Shown here in pieces: positions 39,990 through 52,234 of a DNA stretch of 64,000 nucleotides. A program made the translations under genes and the position numbers. The notes beneath the pieces were generated by a model. It searched no databases and had not been told where the DNA came from. It worked only from the letters and a program-made list of their open reading frames with translations. Origin of the DNA: Paraspadella gotoi (lineage: Eukaryota > Animalia > Chaetognatha); assembly GCA_051294375.1 (NCBI GenBank), contig CM119269.1, positions 10,522,883 through 10,586,882 of the forward strand. The letters are read 5' to 3'. Each line of letters opens with the position of its first letter. Within the stretch, counting starts at the first letter, position 1.

Positions 39990-41545
39990 TGATCAAACTC
40001 CAACGTCTCGTCGGAAACCCACGCTGGTTTGACGTGGCGATGTTAGCTTCGCGGCCTTACTTGGGATTTTGATGGTGACATTAAGGCCGTTGCAATATAC
40101 ACTATCATAGTTAAGTGGAGGGTTAACGCCTGCTCGCCTGACAAAAAACTGTTGAGCGGATGTGCGGGAGATGGAGTAACGGGTTTTTGATGAGCGGATG
40201 TCACCGTCGGCTGAGGTGTGCCACTTTGACTCTAAGATTCGAAAGTTGGCGTTGTTTGTTGTAAGGCTGCGTTGTCGAGTTGAAAGTCGTTGAAATGCAT
40301 CCGGGGAGCTAATGCCTTCCCGAAGACCATGTCCGCCGCTTGATGCGCCGATGTCTTCTTTTATCGTTGTTCTTATCCTAGAAGAGTCATTGGCAATTTT
40401 TCAAAACCATTTGTCTCGATTTTTCTTGCTAAGGCGATGAGCGATTTCTTTGAGTTGCTGTGAAAGCTTATGCTTTATGATGCTTATCCCCCATTTTTTC
40501 ATCAGTTGTCTCCACAAAGCAGAGTTGAATTGTGTTCCCTGTCTGTAGTGATTACAGACGAGAGCGCGTACCGAACACTTATCCACTCGAGGCTCAAAGC
40601 GTCTAAGATCGTTGAAGTGAGGGTGTTGGGAATTGGGATGGCAGCCGGCCATCTGAGAAACAGTGGCATTACTTTTGCCCTCTGGCAATCTAGACAGTTC
40701 CCTGTCCCACTTTTGAAACATCTTGACGCATGTTATTCCAAACAAATTTTGCGGGAGACGGCTTTTCTTGCGCTCCACGCCTGGGTGCCCTAATATGTAT
40801 AACGTTGAATATTTTCTTCGCCATGACGCCGGTACGAATAGACGGGCAGGTTCATTTGAAGTCTGACCTTTGCTTCTTCCGCGATCTCTGGTAATCTGGG
40901 TCGAAACTGTTCTTGAGCCATTTGCTCGAAATTTGGTTTCGAAACTAGTTAGCGACTGCAATTACCGCCTGAGTGTCTTCGAGTCGATTTAGTTTTATCA
41001 ATTTCTTCTTCGAGTTTCCAGATTTTTCTGAATCGCGTTTTCCATCGAGTCGTACTCCATTGCGATGTAAATTCTCTTTCTTTTCCGCGTTGTCAGTGAC
41101 TTGTCGTCGTCTCATCGTCATCTGAGGTGTCATCATTGATATTGACGCTGCTGTTTGCTGCGCTGGCGCCGCTTGCTGCTGTTAGTTTAGTGATGCTAAT
41201 TGCTACTGCTGTATCATTATCGACGTCATCGACGATCTGGTGTTTGGATGACGTTATTGACAGGTTTCGTTGGGCGCCGGAATTTGACATTGAGTTTGGC
41301 CGCAAGAGGGCGTCGGCCCACAACGTTCCCTTACTGTTTAATAAGAACGTCAGCGATCACTGAGAGCTTGATACGACTGACGAACGGTCCTGAAAGACTC
41401 TGCTTTCTTTCGAATCGCCGTCACAAAGGTAACATGAATCTACCTTCCAACCGCAGTGCCTAGAATTGGGCCCTCTGCTCCAGTACTGCATCACGGGCCA
41501 ATTGAGGAATCATTTGTGATGAAAACGTTTTGCTCCGGTTCTAGG
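39990..41545 (-). mobile_element. Ty3/Gypsy LTR retrotransposon pol remnant (RNase H, integrase)
   Basis: Frameshifted motifs in the expected order: FIT.DSS..AVLEQ and NVVADALLRP (RNase H); RLFVPASWRRK..HILGHPGV..KFVWNNMRQDV..CLDCQRAKV (integrase HHCC); ITTDRGTQFNSALWRQLMKKWG (core); VFVRRAGVNPPL and HVKPAW (C-terminal). Confidence 0.85.
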
Positions 41546-41554
41546 ATGATGAGT

Positions 41555-42995
41555 AATGAGCAAAAGAACAACAACAACCAAATGACAATAGTAATTGGGC
41601 ATCCATTGTTTGTCGACCAGCCTACTCAGTTCGTCTCAAAGAGATGCTTGAAGAGCACAAAGAAGCTTCAACGGACAACAACAACATTAAAAAATAATGA
41701 AACCCCCCTGTTGACCTAATCGACAGGGAGCTTCTTCTCCCGGCATTCCTCGGTCTTCCTCCCGGTCTCCGTTGCTCCAACTGTCAATTGTACAGGTTTA
41801 TTTATTATATATATTTTTGGTATTTTTGCATGTTTAAACGGTTTTTTATTTAGTAGCCATTACGATATTATTTATCAAACATTTCTGTTCCAATCACTCA
41901 GATAGCGACAACAATTATTTTGTTCTAATATTTTAGAACCATATATTATAACAGTGGGGGCAAGGAGCCGCTCGAGTGAATCAAATCTATTACAGAAATA
42001 ATTCCTCCACTTATGGGATTCGAACCATCGAAAACTCAAGCTCTGGGACGAACCTTGAGTTACAACTGCAGAGCATTTCAGATGGCCCTGATTCCTCAGA
42101 GACATCTAAACCTATTTAAAAACTTTTGGTGAAACAGAGCAACTGTTTAGAAAAACAAAAGAATTCTAAATCAGCATCTTTGTATAAAAATAATTCATCC
42201 ATTGGTTTGGATTTTGGAACCGGTTAACTCAAGTTCTGAGTGACCGAGCTACAGCTCTGGGCCACTTCAGACGGCCCTGATTTCTGGGCAGCGGATTTTG
42301 TTTTTATTTAAAAGCTTTAAATCTCGATTTAGAATCTTGTTTTCTTAAAACAGTTGCTCTGTTCACCAAAAGATGTCTTGGTTTTTAAAGTTTTAAAATA
42401 GGTTTAGATTCTCTTGAGGAATCATGGCCGTCTTGGATGTCTGAGTTGTAATCAAGTCGTCAGAGCTTTGAGTTTCGATTGTTCGAAATCCCATAAGTGG
42501 AGGAATTATTTCTGTAATAGTTTGATTCACTCGAAGCGGCTCCATGCCCCCTTTTATAATATATGGTGTGATTGAACAGAATGTTGATAAATATATAGTA
42601 ATGCTACTAAATAAAAAAACCGGTTTAAATGCAAATAATACAAAATTTACAAAAATTTGAAAAATACCAAAATAAATACTTTATATAATAAGTGTATAAT
42701 ATAATATAATAAGTGTACATTGACAGTTGGAGCACGGGACGGGAGGAAAAGACCTGAGGATGCCGGAAGAAGAAGCTCCCAAACTGTCATTAGGTCAACA
42801 GGGGGTTTTATATTTTCAATGTTGTTCGTTTCGTTGAACTTCTTTTGTCTCTTTCATGCATCTCTTGACTGAGTAGTGGTCGTTACTATTGGGCATCCAT
42901 GTTGTCGCTTTGTTTGTCATTGGTTGGGCTCCAATCCCATCTTTTTCCATTGTTGTTGTTTGTTCTTTTTGCTCTTTTCTTCTTCGTTCGACCCG
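41555..42995. repeat. Noisy fold-back re-copy of the 38.5-39.2 kb segment
   Basis: 41555-42172 is a direct copy of ~38470-39087. 42173-42995 is the reverse complement of ~38455-39230. Differences are indel-dominated. Confidence 0.9.
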
Positions 42996-43154
42996 TCTCG
43001 TAAGGGGGATGAGGGGTGGGGGAGAGGGTGGGGACTGGGGCTGGGTCAGTGAGGGAGAGGAGAGGAGGAGAAGGAAGGAAGAAGGAGCGGGCGATAAGAA
43101 CGGAGTGAGGGCCGCTTCCAGAACGCGTTCAAATGCTACGGAAAACTTGGCTGA

Positions 43155-43292
43155 CCCACGACGATAAAAGAACTGCAGAGATTTCTAGGGGATGATAAAT
43201 TTCTACAGGCGTTTTATCCCCAGAGTCGCCCACAGATGCGCTCCCTTTGTACGAGGCCCTCATGGCAAGGCCAAAAAAACCTGGACTGGACA
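43155..43292 (+). mobile_element. Ty3/Gypsy reverse transcriptase thumb fragment
   Basis: PTTIKELQRFLG (+1 frameshift) MINFYRRFIPRVAHRCAP..LYEAL, the conserved L..FLG..NFYRRFIP motif. Confidence 0.85.
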
Positions 43293-43544
43293 AGGAACGA
43301 CTTGTGACAAGAACAAGAAAAGGGATGATCAATGGAAAGTGAGATGAAAAGAGAAAAGTGATGGACCTTACATAATTTCCATTTAACATCCGGTTCTTAC
43401 TCGACACTCGCTCTCGGATTCCCGCTCGATTTCCGGCGCACACGACTCCCCCGCCCTTTGAGTCTCTCGACCTTGCTCGACCGGCTCAAGGTAAGGTTCG
43501 AATCTCGGTTAGGTGGGAAGGGGAAAGAAAGCGGAAAAACATCG

Positions 43545-43591
<47 letters not shown>

Positions 43592-45711
43592 TGGTGCAAC
43601 AATATTATGCATGCTCGCTTTTTTTTCCTCTTCCCTGATTCTATTTTGGTTTTTTCCGATAAAACTCGGTTGCGTCATCAACGTTTTTGCGATAAAAGAA
43701 AAACACTCTTAAAGGGAAAGAAAAAAATCAGATAAAAAAAAAAGCAAAAAAATTGCTTTAAGCGAAAGAAGAATTTCTAAGCGAATCATGTACTCGAAAT
43801 GGTTTCTCACGAATCTGCGAATAGAGGACAACTCTTCCGACGCCGATCTCCAATCATTTTTTTTCTTCCTTTCCTTTCCTTCCTTTCCGATCCAAACTTT
43901 TCACCTCTATATTCTTTAACTTCCCTTGGAGGCATATCACGCGCCACTCGAGCCACCACTCTCTCCCCCCCCACTTTGCGCGCCACTCCTGCCCCACCCT
44001 CCCCGCGACGTTTCCATCCAGAGTAGTTCCACCAGCGATTGCGGAAGACGCGTCTGTCAATTCTCCTAAAGAATCCGCGGAAATAATGAAAATTTATGGG
44101 GAAACGAGAGAAAGAGAAATGGAGAATCTTTTCCTGAGAAGAAGATGGAATTACGGCGGGAATGATGGGGAAGGGAAAAGCGAGTGATGGAGAAAGGGAA
44201 AAAAAGAACCTGAGAGAGAGAGAGAGTGAGTGGGAGAGAGAGAGAGAGAAAAAAGTGGCATATGCAATATGCAATATGCATAACTTCGAGCTCTTGAACT
44301 GGTGAAACGAACGTTCTCAGAAAGTGACGTTTATCAAAAAAAAAAATTAAAAAGAAAAACAGAAAAGATGTTCTTTTTCGCTATTTTTAAAGTTTTTTTT
44401 TGTTATTCACAATGAAAAAATGAATTGTTAACAACTTTTGGCGAAATATTTTTATCATTTATAAATACATATAATAAGGCATTACAAAAAGGTTAAGGAG
44501 AAAAGAAATGATGAAGAAGAGAGAGAGAGAGAGAAAAAGAAAGAAGAGAGAGAGAGAGAGAGAGAGAGATGATTCATCTAGGACAAAAACCATAAGTTGG
44601 TGGAAATGGGGGTTGCGACCGGAGTTTGGGGCCAACCACTCAGAAAAAAGAAAAGAGAGAGAAAGAGAGAGAAGAGAGAGAGAAGAGAGAGAGAGAGGAA
44701 GACCAATAAGCAGCAGAATGAGAAAAGGAAGGTAGTTAAATTGAAATGTAAGACTAAGTAACAAGAGTATTAGGAAGGAAAGAAAAGAAAGAAAGAAAGA
44801 GAAGAAAGAGAAGGAAAATCAGTAAAAAACAAGTGAAATCATGAAGTAAAAAAAATAAAAAATACAAAGAAATAAAAAAAAAATATCAAAAAATAAAAAG
44901 AAACCTAAACAAAAAATATCGAGAATCTAAACAAAAATAAAAGATAAATTAAGCAAACAAAAATTACCATAAATACAACAAAATTGAAAAAGAAAGAAGC
45001 AAAGAAGAAAGAAAGAAAGAAAGAAAGAAAAGAAAAAAACATTTAAACCATCCTAAATAACCACAATCTCTGTTAAACACATACAATATACACACAACTT
45101 AAAAATACAAAGATAAAAGCAATCATAAAAGAGAAGAAAAAAACTAATATAAGAAACAGAAAGAAAGAAAGAAAGGAAGAAAGCAAGAAAGAAAAGAAAG
45201 AAAGAAAGAAAAAAAATGGAAAGACAAACTAAAAAAGCAACATTGACCTTTTATTTCCTCGATCTAAATTATTTCCTCTTCTTTTTTTTTTCTCGGGTAG
45301 GGGGAGGTGGTGAGGCAATGTTCTTCACAGTCCAGCCTCGAGCGACTTCCGTGTCATTGCGTCAAACGACTGCGAGCTTGCTGCTGTCAAAGCCGCTCCA
45401 GCCACAGACAGCCGCCGCAGCGGCAACTGGCTCTGAATGGACGCAGCCAAAGAATTCGTCATCGTCAACATCATTTTTAGTTTGGGGAGGAAATCGTCGT
45501 TGCCTCGATGAGAGGGAAGACGACGACGACGACGACGATTACGAAGACGACGACGACGACGACGATGATAAGAACGAGGACGAAGAAGATCAAGAATGTT
45601 TTTTCTCACTTCATCATTTTCGCGGAATTTTCGTACTGTTTGGGAAGAGATGTGATATGAGACGTAGAGAGAAGAAATATGAGAGGAGAAGAGAAGAGAT
45701 AGAGGCCGGAG

Positions 45712-45748
<37 letters not shown>

Positions 45749-48279
45749 AGAGAGAAGAGAGAGAGAATACTTCCCTTCTTTATATCACCAGTTATTTTCG
45801 TGTTTTTTTCGTAACTATTCGCAGTTTTCATCTTTGTTTGACAATGAATGTCTTATTCATTGAATGTCATGTTCTTCGCCCTCATAACCTCTGGAGCCTC
45901 CGTTCTCGTCCGCGTTCCTCCACCTTATTTCATCATTCATCTTTCTTTGGCTCTTTCTTTCTTATCTCCCTTTCCTCGGCGACTCTTCTTCCGTCCATTC
46001 ACACGTCCACAAAAGGCGTCATAGTTTCTCGCCTCTCTCTCTCNNNNNNNNNNNNNNNNNNNNNNNNNNNNNNNNNNNNNNNNNNNNNNNNNNNNNNNNN
46101 NNNNNNNNNNNNNNNNNNNNNNNNNNNNNNNNNNNNNNNNNNNTCTGTCTTCCACATCTCCCATTGCATTATCACGTTCCAAGAGATTATTCCCATTTCA
46201 TTTCATAGCGGAGGGATTATTACTTCTATAAAGAACGAAGGCGAGAAGGGCCTCCTCCATTGGCGCCGATGCGCCGTTGCGACCGAGCGTCGGAGAATGG
46301 CGCGCCGGGAGGCAATTGCGAAGACGCCCGCTAGGCGGAGTGGCGAACGTGATAACCCACCTGAGTAACGAGATTCTTCGGGGTGATTGCGATCGCTTAA
46401 ACGAGTGGTGATTCCAAAAGAGCGAAAACCATAGCAAATCACAGTTCACCCGGAAGTGTTTTTTTTTTCGAGTTGTGATAGGAATAGCACCATAAATTGG
46501 CTCATTGATTAACTAAGCAATAAGCAACATCCCCCTTACAAAATAATAACATGGCAAGTCCGTGCAGGTTTTCAATAAAACTTTCAAATTTTATCCAAAT
46601 CTAAAGTCTTTTAAACTCAATTACATCCTTCCCGTTCATCTTCCTGGAGGCGACGAGACAAAAAAAAAAAAAGAGAAGCCAGAAATCGTTTTACTATTCA
46701 GACACCCTTCCTCCCATTTTGGCCAACGACGAACGACGAACGGCGACGATGGCGACGACTACCGCGAGCAAGACGACGACTCCAAAAAAAAAAGGGGGGC
46801 TTAGCGATGCTCATTTATAACACTAAAGCGTATCCCATGGCTCATAAAGCCTCTCGGACTAAATTTAGATAAACCATTTATCAAAATTTCGACGTCGTCG
46901 TCGTCGTTATCGTCATCACCGTCACCTTTTATCGCGTGCTAAAGCGTCAGGCAACAGCGTCGAGTAAAAAGAACGACTCCTTTTTATTTGTTTTGAAAGG
47001 AATCGTAATTCACGACCGAAAGAGATTAATTGACCAAAACACAGCCTTCGCCGTCGAACCCCAGCAACTACAGCGAATCGAAAAAGCCCATCGATTTTGT
47101 CCCGAGGCGGCATTAGAGCTCTATCTTTCTCTCTGAAAAAAAAAAAAAAAAAAATTCGGTTAGATTCGCTTCCTATGGACCAAGCTTCGCAATTATCCCC
47201 ATAAACAACAAAGAACGTCGAGCGAGTCTGGAATTGAGACGATAATGGATCTAATACATATAATTTGTTATTGTCGCAGTTTCAATCAGCGAAAACGGGA
47301 GATCGCAATATATCTACGAAACAAAGCCGAAGCGGGCGAAGCCTCTCGCAGAGAAATTCGCCAAGGCCGCATTGGATTTGAGGTCCCCCGCCGAATTAGA
47401 AAACTAAGCCTAAGAATTAGTGATCTTAAGTCTCCCGCAGGCGGAGAACTTTACGAATGGAAAAGGTTGCCCGACTTTTGTCGTCGTCCTTGTTGCGTCG
47501 TTATTCGCTAAAAAGGTCGAATTCTAATCCATTGAAAAATAGAAGGCTTGCAATGTGGTTCAATGGTGTGCAAGGTGCATTTTCATCGTTCGTTTTGCCG
47601 CTGGTAGGTTATATATAAATATTCACTCTCAGCGATTTCTGTTCATTTTTTGTACGTAGTCTCCGTCAGCTTCTTTATATATATTACTAGCTTAAGCATA
47701 AACAAAGAGAGAGAGATAGAGATTAAGATAGAGAGAGAGAGAGTGAGAAATTTGCCCTCGCCGAGGGCCTCGGTGGGTTCTTTGCTCTTTTATCTTTCTC
47801 GATTAAAGGGGAAATGAATTCCAATCGATGGACATTCGTCGTCGAGAGGAAAGAAGGAAAAAGGTGCGTTGAAAGAGTTGAGTGGAATGTTGACCAGAGT
47901 CGGTTGATAGGAATTAATCCTCTCGAGTGGCTACAGGTTGATAGTTGAATAGAGGTCATTGTTTTTTACGGGTAATAAAGCCGATATATCATGTTTACTA
48001 ACTTAAAATAAAATCGTGAAATTTAACCTTTTAATTTACATATTTGAATAGTTAGCGACTTATTTTGCCGCTTATCTCCAGAATTGAACTCGGAATGCGT
48101 GGTCCTGATAAAATTCCTCCACCCGCTAAGGGACAGAGTTGTTAAGACTCTTTCTCTCCTGTTGCTGTCCCGAACTCAAGATGACAGCGTTCGTTAACTA
48201 ACCCTGTTTCTCTTTCTTTCTCCAGGCAAAAACAAAGGACAATATTCTCACTCCTTTCTATCTTTCTCTCTTTTCTCAG

Positions 48280-48510
48280 GCTGCAAGATCAAAGCCCTCC
48301 GCGCCAAGACGAACACCTACATCAAAACGCCCGTCCGCGGTGAGGAGCCCGTCTTCGTGGTGACGGGCAGACGGGAGGACGTTGGGATGGCCAAGAAGGA
48401 AATCCTCTCCGCCGCCGAACACTTCTCTCAGATCCGGGCGTCGAGGAACCGGACTGGCCTGCCCGGCGGGGTCGTGGCCGGGCCGCTGACCCCGACAACG
48501 GCGATTCCGG
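48280..48510 (+). CDS. mex3: MEX-3 family RNA-binding E3 ligase, internal exon encoding most of KH1
   Basis: Polypyrimidine tract and AG at 48278-48279; donor GTGAGT at 48511. Translation (G)[56 protein letters not shown] is the MEX-3 KH1 signature. The exon starts at the phase-1 intron position (GRQG/CKIK) known from vertebrate MEX3 genes. 231 nt, phase 1-1. Confidence 0.97.
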
Positions 48511-49331
48511 GTGAGTTAAGAAAAGTGGTTGAAGGGGGGGCGCAGCTATGGGCAGCCGTGATTGCCCACAGTGGGGGTTGGAGATGGTGGGAGTGTAAGC
48601 TAGAGTGGAAAACAACTCGGATGCAGTGATGAGGGACAAGAGGAGATATAAATGCGAGCGAGCGCCTTCTTGTCTGTCAACCGAGCTACTAACCGGATGA
48701 AAATGTCAACCCAGTGACAAATTAGTCTCCCAAGAAATAATTTCATATAATTTCATATAATAAAAGGAGCTCATCTTCGGCTCATGTTTTTTTCTTCAAT
48801 TTAAACTTGTATGGAAAAAAGTGAAGCGCGCGCAAAGACTGAAAATAAACAATGAGTTTCTCGATCGCAAACTGGAAAAGACGACGCAATTCTCTTTTTC
48901 TCCTTGAGCGATTTCCGGATAAACAAATCTTCGCCACGCCTCCTTTGTATACGATTCCATAATTTCTTAGGCTATTAGAGAGAGGAACGCGGTTAGTATG
49001 AGAGAGAGAGAGAGAGAGAGAAAGATAGAGCAGAGAGAGAGAGAGAGAGTGGGAAGAAGGAGAGGGAGACATACTAATAGATAAGAGCGTACAGAATAGG
49101 GAGAGAGAGGGAGAAAAAGAGATAGTTGCGTTAATCAAAAGAGAAACCAAGGAGTGAGAGCGAGAGAAAGAAAGAAGGAAAGAAAGACAGAAAATAAAGA
49201 AAGAAATGTCTTTATTATGCTCTTTCTATCTAACTTCTCAAGAGGCCTTGAAGTGACAGATCTTGAAGCTCTCGCCTTTGCCTTTCCTCTACTGGCGTTT
49301 CCTTTGACACCTCTGTCCCCCTCTTCTCTCT

Positions 49332-49409
<78 letters not shown>

Positions 49410-49653
49410 CTCTTTCTCTCTCCTTTTTTTGGATTTTCCACTTTTTTTCCCTTCACATTCTTCGGTAGAGTCAAGGCCTCTAGACATTTTTTGGCGGACG
49501 AAAGAAAACTTTTTTTTTCTTAAAAAACCTTTTTTTTTATTTTGCTTTTCCCCCCCAAAAATATCAGTATTACAAAGATCTCGCATCGATTTCATTACTT
49601 ACTCTTATCTCTTGCCCCTCACCCTCCCGTTCACTCTTGACCCTCTCAACCAG

Positions 49654-49899
49654 GCGCGCCCTGCGCCCCTACCGGCAGCGTGCCGGGCCAATCCATGATC
49701 CAAGTGCGGGTGCCATATCGCGTAGTGGGCCTCGTCGTGGGGCCCAAAGGAGCGACGATAAAGCGAATCCAGCAACAAACACACACGTACATCGTGACCC
49801 CGGGCAGAGACAAGGAGCCCATTTTCGAGGTCACTGGTCTCCCAGAGAACGTCGAGGCGGCGAGACATGAGATCGAGAGTCACATCGCAGTGAGAACGG
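49654..49899 (+). CDS. mex3: MEX-3 family, exon encoding KH2
   Basis: Acceptor CAG at 49651-49653; donor GTGAGT at 49900. Encodes [73 protein letters not shown] (GPKG = GxxG loop). In frame with the previous exon. 246 nt, phase 1-1. Confidence 0.97.
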
Positions 49900-49998
49900 G
49901 TGAGTATTACTCACTGAGTAAGGAGGAGATTCACTCACTAACTTATTCACTCACTCAATTTTCAGCCACTTATTATTTCTCTGTTTTATTATTTCATG

Positions 49999-50099
<101 letters not shown>

Positions 50100-52234
50100 G
50101 CGGTCTTATCGACACTACGACGATGACCGGAAATCCCAGCGACATCTTGACGCCGAATCTTCTGAACGGCGGCGCCATCGACGCCGATTTCTTTCGCGGT
50201 GGCGGTGGCAGCGGCGGCGGCGGGGGTGCCTTCGACTTTAACCAGTCGGTCTTGGCTTTGAACCGCGTCAACGCTGCCGTGGCTGCGGCGGCAGCCGTTG
50301 CGGCGTCCTCGTCTCATCCTCCTGGCATGTTGAGCGGCGGCGGATCTGAAGCTGAGATTCTTCAATCTCTCTACAAATCGCGACTTCATCAGACCAACGC
50401 CGACGTCGATGGAGAAGGCGTCCTCAATGAACCGCCGCCTCCATCGCCGCCGCCGCCGCCGCCGACGCTGCATCCGGCGCAGACGCACGGGGATTTCCCT
50501 CTCCACCATCAGCAGCATCATTATCATCAACTACACCAACCTCCCCATCAACATCAACCGTCGTTGATTCCCGCCAACGGAGGGGCCCCGGAAGCTCTGG
50601 CCTCTCGGAAGCCGCCCCATCCTCTCTCAAACGACGCCGGCGCCGGCCACGCCATTGAAGCCGGTTTCCTCGGCGCCCATCCGCCGCTCGGTTCGCCCTT
50701 TCCGACGAACGGCGTCAAGTCTAACGAAGCGGCGCCGTTGCCCGGCGCGCCAGTCGGCTTCTGCCCGACTTCGGCCGCGGCGCCCGGCGACGCTCTCGCC
50801 AACGGCGACTTGACCTCGAGCCTCAACGCTCTCCTCAACAGTTTCAGTTTCCTCGGAGGATCCGCGAGCTTCGGCGGCGTCGGCGGCGTCGGCGGCGTTA
50901 AGATGGACCCGACGTCGAATGGCGCTCGAATGGCCGGCCCGGCTTCTATCGCGATGACGCAACTGAGCGGAGAGAGCGACGGCGTTCAATCGCCGGGCGG
51001 ATCATCCTCCTTCGCCGATCCCGCGTCATCCCCGTCCACGCCCTCGGCGGCCGTTTCCGGCGGACACCCGTGGCCGGAACTCGCCGGCTTTTCCGGCGGT
51101 GGCGGCGGTGGCAGCGGCGATCCCCAAAATGGCTTCATGTCTGAGTTAAAAAACGGTTCGGTAAAGCTCGATCCCTCGACTACGACACCGATTGGAAATG
51201 GTTGGGTCTCTACTTCCTCTCACGGCGCCAACCCGGGCGCCTCTCACTCTCTCGACCATCAACAACAACAACAACAACAACCACAGCACGGACTCCAACA
51301 ACCACAGCAGCCCGGTCATCCTCGAGCGATCGCGACCATGAGCTCGTCATTGACCTCCAACGGTTCCTTCAACAACTTGGTTTCGCAAATCGGACGCTTC
51401 TCACCAATTCTAAGCGATATGGCACCCGCTTTGACGGGAGGCGCCTTTCCCGTCTCTCGGCCCGCGGCGTCGACGCCTTCCAACATCCGCGTCGAGTCGC
51501 TGCTCGATCCTATCGGCCCCTCCTCCTCTTCTTCCGCCTCCTCTTCCTCCTCCTCCTCTTCCTCCGCTCGAGATCCCCCTCCCTCTTACCCTTCCTCATC
51601 TTCCTCCTTCGAGCACCACCGCCTTTTGAGAAGATTGTGCTCGGAAAAACTCAACAACAACAACGACCAGCAGAGTCACAACAACAACCTGCAACAGCAA
51701 CAACAGCAGCAACTGCAGCTGCAACAGTCCGGGCTTTCAAATAGGGAGGCGACGTCGCTCGGCAAGGCTCCGTCGACGAACGGCCTCTACGGATCAAATC
51801 AAATCCCCTTGCTTCCCCCGACGGCAGCGTGCCAGCCCGGCCGGGCCTCGCTGCCGTCCCCGACCACGACGACGACGTCTACGATCGCTCGATCGAAGGC
51901 GGTTGCGTCGTCGTCGATGACGTCGTCGACGACGCCGTCGCGACACATCTACGACTGCCACTCTTTCGACGGCCTCGAGGACGGGTTCGGCCCGCCGGGG
52001 TTTCCTGGGGACGCGTTCCTCGCGGGCTGTGGGCCGCCGGCCGAGGCGGCTCGGCCCAAGCAGGAGTGCCTCGTGTGCGCCGAGTCGGAAGTTGCGGCGG
52101 CGCTGATCCCCTGCGGTCACAGCCTCTTTTGCATGGAATGCGCGAATAGGATGGTGGAGACGGGCGCCATGGACGGGCGGAGGTGTCCTATCTGCAGTCA
52201 ACAGGTTTCGCAAGCGATACGAATATTTACTTAA
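50100..52234 (+). CDS. mex3: MEX-3 family, terminal exon: long low-complexity linker and C-terminal C3HC4 RING
   Basis: AG at 50098-50099 follows a (TC)~48 tract. A phase-1 join gives [13 protein letters not shown]..., continuing into ORF 50123-52234. Ends [55 protein letters not shown], a typical MEX3 RING and terminus. Confidence 0.96.

Noticed and set aside
38025-43550. Direct repeats flanking the Gypsy fragments read as LTRs
   Set aside because: No TG...CA ends, PBS, PPT or TSD seen. The internal fragments have opposite orientations, and the first copy looks like a noisy duplicate of the flank.
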